Shown here: one piece after another, positions 1-64,000 of the stretch | Layout of the letters: the number at the start of each line of letters is the position of its first letter | Position numbering within the stretch: the stretch's first letter is position 1 | Assembly (NCBI RefSeq): GCF_009914755.1 | Contig: NC_060933.1 | Length of the DNA: 64,000 nucleotides | Reading direction: 5' to 3' (one strand) | DNA from: the human T2T-CHM13v2.0 reference genome, Homo sapiens | Position numbers and translations under genes: made by a program | Notes under the pieces: generated by a model | Seen by the model: the letters and a program-made list of their open reading frames with translations, nothing else | What the model was told of the DNA's origin: nothing | Databases searched by the model: none

Positions 1-279
1 CCCACTGTGAAGCGGCAGCCCCGGCAGAGCCCCTCGTCTTCCTCTGGCTGGGCGGCTCTTTGCCCTCTTGGAAACGAAGTTTCGAGTTGCTGGATCAGGT
101 TGAGATGAAGGCCAGGTGTTTCCAGCAGGCACAGTGGGGAGACCTTGTGACCCGCATGGTTGCCCAGCTCTGTGGGCTGTCCCTCGTCAACCCAGCTTTT
201 GCTCAGCTGGAGTCCAGGAAGCTTTGGTTAGAGAGGCCACAACCAGGAGTGTCCTCAGCTGCTCAGTCTCCTAGAGAAT

Positions 280-608
280 GAGGCTGAAGCAGGAGAATTG
301 CTTAAGCTCAGGGGTTCGAGGCTAGTCTAGGCAATGTAGTGAGATCCCTGTCTCTACAAAAAAAAAAAAAAAAAAAAAGGCGGGGGAAGGAAGGAAAGAG
401 AGAGAAATAAAGAAAGAAAGAAAAGAAAGAGAAAGAAAAAGAAATTGGCCCGGCATGGTGAACACCTGTAGTCCCAGCTACTTGGGAGGCTGAGGTGGGA
501 GGATTGCTTGAGACTGGGAGGTCAAGGTTGCAGTGAGCCGTGTTCATGCCACTGCACTCGAGCCTGGGCGACAGGGCACGATCCAGTCTCAAAAAAAAAA
601 AAAAAAAA
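280..608 (+). mobile_element. Old Alu (AluJ-like), 5'-truncated, with expanded A/GA-rich central linker
   Basis: Alu arm sequences flanking a poly-A/GAAA tract at ~358-445; poly-A tail. Confidence 0.85.
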
Positions 609-804
609 TTGCTAGTGCAGCAAATTTTCAGTATAATCATGTGGTTAAAAAACCCAAAAGAATAAAAGTTCCCGGCGTCAGGCCCCTCCACTCAGCTCCT
701 GTTGTTTCTCATGGGTTCTTCCAGAGTTCTGTGTGCCTAAGACTGAAATCTAAACCATATTCTTGTCCCAATTTTTATCCAAAATGTTAACTTTAAAAAA
801 GAGT

Positions 805-1112
805 GGCCAGGCACAGTGACTCACACCTCTAATCCCAGTACTTTGGGAGGCTGAGGCGGGCGGATCATTTGAGGTCAGAAGTTCGAGAACAGCCTGACCA
901 ACATGGTGAAATCCTGTCTCTACCAAAAATACAAATAAATTAGCCAGGCATGGCGGCAGACGCCTGTAGTCCCAGCTACTTGGGAGGCTGAAGCAGGAGA
1001 ATTGCTTGAACCTGGGTGGGAGATGGAGGTTGCAGTGAGCCAAGATTGCACCATTGCACTCCAGCCTGGGGGACAGAGTGAGATTCCGTCTCAAAAAAAA
1101 AAAAAAAAAAAA
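805..1112 (+). mobile_element. AluS-type element
   Basis: Full dimeric Alu from GGCCAGGCACAGTG to poly-A. Confidence 0.93.
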
Positions 1113-2170
1113 GTAACACATTTTAAATTGAAATGACGGGTAAACAAAACGTGCTTTTAAAATGCACTAATTAGTTAGCTTGAGCTTTTAAAAAGAAACT
1201 AGAAATTTTGAAGACCTTCCAAAGTCAACAAACATCCAGACGTTAAAAGCAGCTGTACTGAAGTCTCTAGTCCCTTTCTTTGCATTCAGCGCGACAGACA
1301 TGCAACCGGACTTATTTTATTAAAAAGGCCTTTACAGTTGCTGTATTATGAAAGCTAAAGCTTATTATAGAGAATAGAGAAACCCCAGACCAATATAAGT
1401 AAAATAAAAATCAGCCCTCGCCCCCTGCAGACATCATCTTGCCCTGGGGGTTTGGTTTTGCATAGGTGAGGCCAGCCAGCACGTCTAGCCTCATGCTCAT
1501 TTTGCTCAGCCTATCATAACTTTGCCATGTCCTTAAAAATTCAGTGAAGACACTGTTTTTGCATCTCTTGTGTTTAGGAGCCACATACAGTTCCCATCTT
1601 AGCAACTCTGTGGTTCTGTCAGGTGGGTACCATTTTCTACCCCACCCTCATTCAGGGACACTGTCTTCAGTGATGCTGACTGTTGTACATGCTGCGTGAC
1701 ACTTGTAGGGGTGGGCTGAGTGTACCCAGCCTTTCCCCACTTTGGGACATTTAGGGGTTTTGTGGCTTTAGGTAGCTCCGTAGCAACCCAAGTTCTTTCT
1801 GCTCCAGGGTTTCTGAACGTGGCTGCGGCCGAGCCTGTGGCAGGATCATAGTGTCCACAGGCGAGGGCGTACTCAGGGTTTTGCCTCCTTCCAGGCTCGG
1901 ACCCCGTCCCCTGGGAAGTCATAGTCTCCCAGCTTATGAGCAGGGGATGGCTCTGTCACCTGATTTCTAACCCTGGACTCCTGTGGTTCCAGGTGGAACT
2001 TTTGGAACCCTGTCTGTAAAGCACACCTGTGTCCCAAGTGAGGGGCAGGGCTGGCCCTGGGGTCCAGGTGTTCTGAGTGTGCCATGGGATGTGGAGGGGA
2101 CATGGGGTTCTGGGCAGCCAAAGCTCCCGGGACACTGGCTCCAGCTCTTCCTGGGCCCGTGGCCAGCTGA

Positions 2171-60550
<58,380 letters not shown>

Positions 60551-60615
60551 GTAGGTCCTGCGGGCAGGAAGTGTTGCCCCCGCCCCTGGGCCATGGCACC
60601 CCTTCCCAGTTGTGA

Positions 60616-60995
<380 letters not shown>

Positions 60996-61149
60996 ATCCC
61001 TGTGGTTTTGAGTAGACAATCTCCCACTCAGAGTCCTCCGGGCTGGGCCGGCCCCCACCCTGCTGTCTGCTTGGCTTCTGGCTTCTCTGGGTGCCATGCC
61101 TCCTCCTGCTGCACTTGGGGGTATGTCTTGGGGGATCACTGAGGCATGT

Positions 61150-61382
61150 GTCTTCCTCACCCTGTCTGCCTCTCATCTGTCTCCTTCCCTCTTTCTTCCT
61201 TTCTCCTTCTCTCTCTCTCTCCCCTTTCATTCCTTCTCTCCCTGTCTCGCTTCCCACCACTCTGTTTCTGGCACACTCTCTCTTCCTATCTGTCTCTCCT
61301 TTCTTTGTCTCTGTCTCTGTCTCTCTCTCTCCCACCCTCCTTCTTTCTCTTCCTCTCTCTTTCTCCATGTCTCTTTCCCTCA
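61150..61382. repeat. (TC)-rich homopyrimidine tract
   Basis: Composition. Confidence 0.9.
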
Positions 61383-63052
61383 TCCAGCAAATATTTATTC
61401 TGTCCTGCTGCGGCTGGGGGGTTACTGGGATGTCCTTCGGGATGGGAGGGCTAACACCAAATTCACCAGTGCCTGAAGGCACGTTTGTAAGTCGTGTCCT
61501 GTTGGAAATCACAGGCTTATGTGGGAAGAGCCGTGCACATCTCCTTTCTCTCCTGCGAGCCCTCTCTGCACAGCGTATGCACAGAGGCTAAGAGAGTGTC
61601 TGCCCAGGCTGGCGGGGTGGTCAGTGCCATACATTGAGGATATAGTGAGTGTCTCTGTGTTCGTGGAGAACTGAGGAGGGAACTGGAGCTGCTGGGAGAG
61701 GCAGGAAGGCAGGGATGGGTGGAATCACTGCTGGTCTTAGAGGCCTCCAGGAAGGTGGCCCCCATTGGCCACATGGCCCAACAGATCCTTGGTGGAGGCC
61801 AGAGAGTGGATGGAGCCCAAGGTGGGTATGACCTAGAACCTTTTGGGATAGAGGGCAGCAGATCCTGGGCACATTTGCTCAGCAGGAATGTCATCCTGGG
61901 GAGCCAGTGGTCAGGGTCAGCAGGCACAAAGGGGAGCTGAGATGTTGCCAAGCCACACCCCAGCTGTGGCTGCTACGAAGAGAAGCTTGTAGGGGGCAGG
62001 AAGGTGTGGATGTGAGAACACTGGGGAGAGGAGCTGCTATAGGCTCTGAGAGCCTGGGTGACAGGGGCCAGGAGCCAGAGACAGAGGGTAGAGATAATGG
62101 GGTGGGGACTAGAAATGGCAGAAGTGATTGGGAGCCAGGGGCAGGTGGGGTCTAGGGAAAGGGCAGGGAGAGGACCAGAAGCACCTCAAAGGAGAGACTT
62201 CCAGGAGCCTAAGAACAGGAAGTGGATGCTGGGAGGGCCGTGGAGTCCAGAGGGAAGTGTGGGGACCTTTTAGGAAAGGGTGGGGAAGATTTTCAGCCTC
62301 AACTGGGAATTGAGGTGACTTGGCATCTGATAGGCAGTAGCCAGCAGCTCCCCAACCTTGCTTTCATTTGAACCCTCTGAATACCGAGGTGCCTGTGCCT
62401 CATTGCAGCATTTCTGCCATGAGCGTTGGGGTTTCCTAGGGCTCCAGGAGCCCTGTGCTGAGCCCAGCCTGTGCTTTCAGATGTCCCAGGCCGCGGGGCT
62501 CTGTGGTGAGCAGCCCAGGGGCAGCTTGGAGTGGTCCAGGGCACCCCCTGTGTCGGAGCCACATTGCAGTCTGGGACCGCGGGAGCTGGACCATGTGGGT
62601 GCGGCCTCGGAGCAGAGTTCCAACCTGGATAAGCTCCAGCCTGGATAAGACGCTCCCCTGCCCACGCAGCCGCTCCCCAACGCTGGGGCAGTCAGCACTC
62701 TCTTGAAATAGTACTCCCTTCCAGAAGATCATCTGATGCTCTGTCTCTCTGGTGTTTGTAGGGAGAAAGCCATTCAGAGTTTTATTTTTATTTATTTATT
62801 TTGTTTAGTAGTTAGAGGAAGTCATTAAAAAAAAACAAAAAGCCTATGTGGCAGGTGTTGAAATTCAGGAGTAAAATCAGAACTTGCTTCCTCATTTCCG
62901 ACCTTGAAAACTACCTGTTTTTCTTGCCATCAAAGGAAGAGGAGGGGCACTTGGGGTGAAGGCAAGGGGTTACAGGCCTCCAGCCAGGGCCCCTGGGGTG
63001 GCCTTAGGCCTTGCAGAAGCTCAGAGCACTGTGATGCAACAGGGAGGCCCAG

Positions 63053-64000
63053 CTCCACTCCCCATCCTCTCCTCTCCATCCTCCCGTCACCATCCTCCCC
63101 TCACCTTCCTCCCCCAGCTTCCTCCCCTCTCTATCCTCCCCTCTCCATCCTCCCTTCACCTTCCTTGTCTCTCCAGCTTCCCCTCACTTTCCTCCCCTCT
63201 CCATCCTCAACTCACTTTCCTCCTCTCTCCATCCTCCCCTCACCTTCCTCCCCTCTCCATCCTCAACTCACTTTCCTCCTCTCTCCAACCTCCCCTCACT
63301 TTCCTCCCCTCTCCACCCTCAACTCACTTTCCTCCTCTCTCCATCCTCCCCTCACCATCCTCCCTTCACCTTCCTTCCCTCTCCATTCTCCCCTCACCTT
63401 CCTCCCCTCTCCATCATCCCCTCCATCCTCCCCTCACCTTCCTCCCCCTCTATCCTCCCCTCACCTTCCTCCCCCTCTATCCTCCCCTCACCTTCCTCCC
63501 CTCTCCATTGTCCCCTCTCCTTCCTCCCCTCACCACCCTCCCCTCACCATCCTCCCCTCACCACCCTCCCCTCACCATCCTTCCCTCACCTTCCTCCCCT
63601 TTCCATCCTCCCCTCACCTTCCTCCCCTCTCCATCGTCCCCTCCATCCTCCCCTCACCTTCCTCCCCTCGCCTTCCTCCCCCTCCATCTTCCCCTCTCCT
63701 TCCTCCCCTCACCACCCTCCCTTAACCATCCTCCCCTCACCATCCTCCCCTCACCTTCCTCCCCCTCCATCCTCCCCTCACCTTCCTCCCCCTCCATCCT
63801 CCCCTCACCTTCCTCCTTCTCCATCCTCCCCTTACCTTCCTCCTTCTTCATCCTTCCTTCTCCCTCCTCCCCCTCCATCCTCCCCTCACCTTCCTCCCCT
63901 TGGCCTCCTCCCCTCTCCATGCTCCCCTCTCCATCCTCCCCTTACCTTCTTCCCCCTTCATCCTCCTTTCTCCATCATTCCCTCTCCATCCTCCCCTCAC
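63053..64000. repeat. Long degenerate C/T-rich tandem repeat (CCATCCTCCCCTCA / CCTTCCTCCCCTCT-type units) running to the window end
   Basis: ~950 bp almost devoid of G on the + strand. Confidence 0.95.

Noticed and set aside
62904-63725. 273-aa Pro/Ser/Leu-rich ORF
   Set aside because: Translation of the C/T repeat, which is naturally poor in stop codons

Overview
Human-type (Alu-rich primate) genomic DNA containing the internal part of the WNK2 (With-No-lysine kinase 2) gene on the + strand. I assembled 19 GT-AG coding exons between 2199 and 60550 by hand (4633 nt, phases consistent), plus one optional exon at 36210-36320. They encode the end of the kinase domain, the CCT-like autoinhibitory domain, the acidic KLHL3 degron, a long Pro/Gln-rich disordered region, a second CCT-like domain, SPAK/OSR1 docking motifs and the start of the C-terminal coiled coil. 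The promoter, first exons and last exons lie outside the window. Introns contain many Alus, MER3, MER30, a MER31-like LTR, MIR and old L1 fragments. One ~20-kb intron is an AT-rich stack of sense-oriented ancient L1s, and the window ends in a ~1-kb homopyrimidine repeat. Almost all other ORFs in the track are GC-rich or repeat-derived noise. I see no new multi-gene system. The best leads are: (1) a candidate 21-nt SRRM4-type microexon nested in the optional exon; (2) an ungapped 233-bp, ~85% identical local inverted duplication inside the L1 block; (3) symmetric Pro-rich cassette exons carrying PY motifs and flanked by RBFOX/UG elements; (4) a candidate poison exon; (5) inverted Alu pairs positioned for circRNA formation or editing. 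Repeat boundaries and subfamily calls are by eye and approximate.
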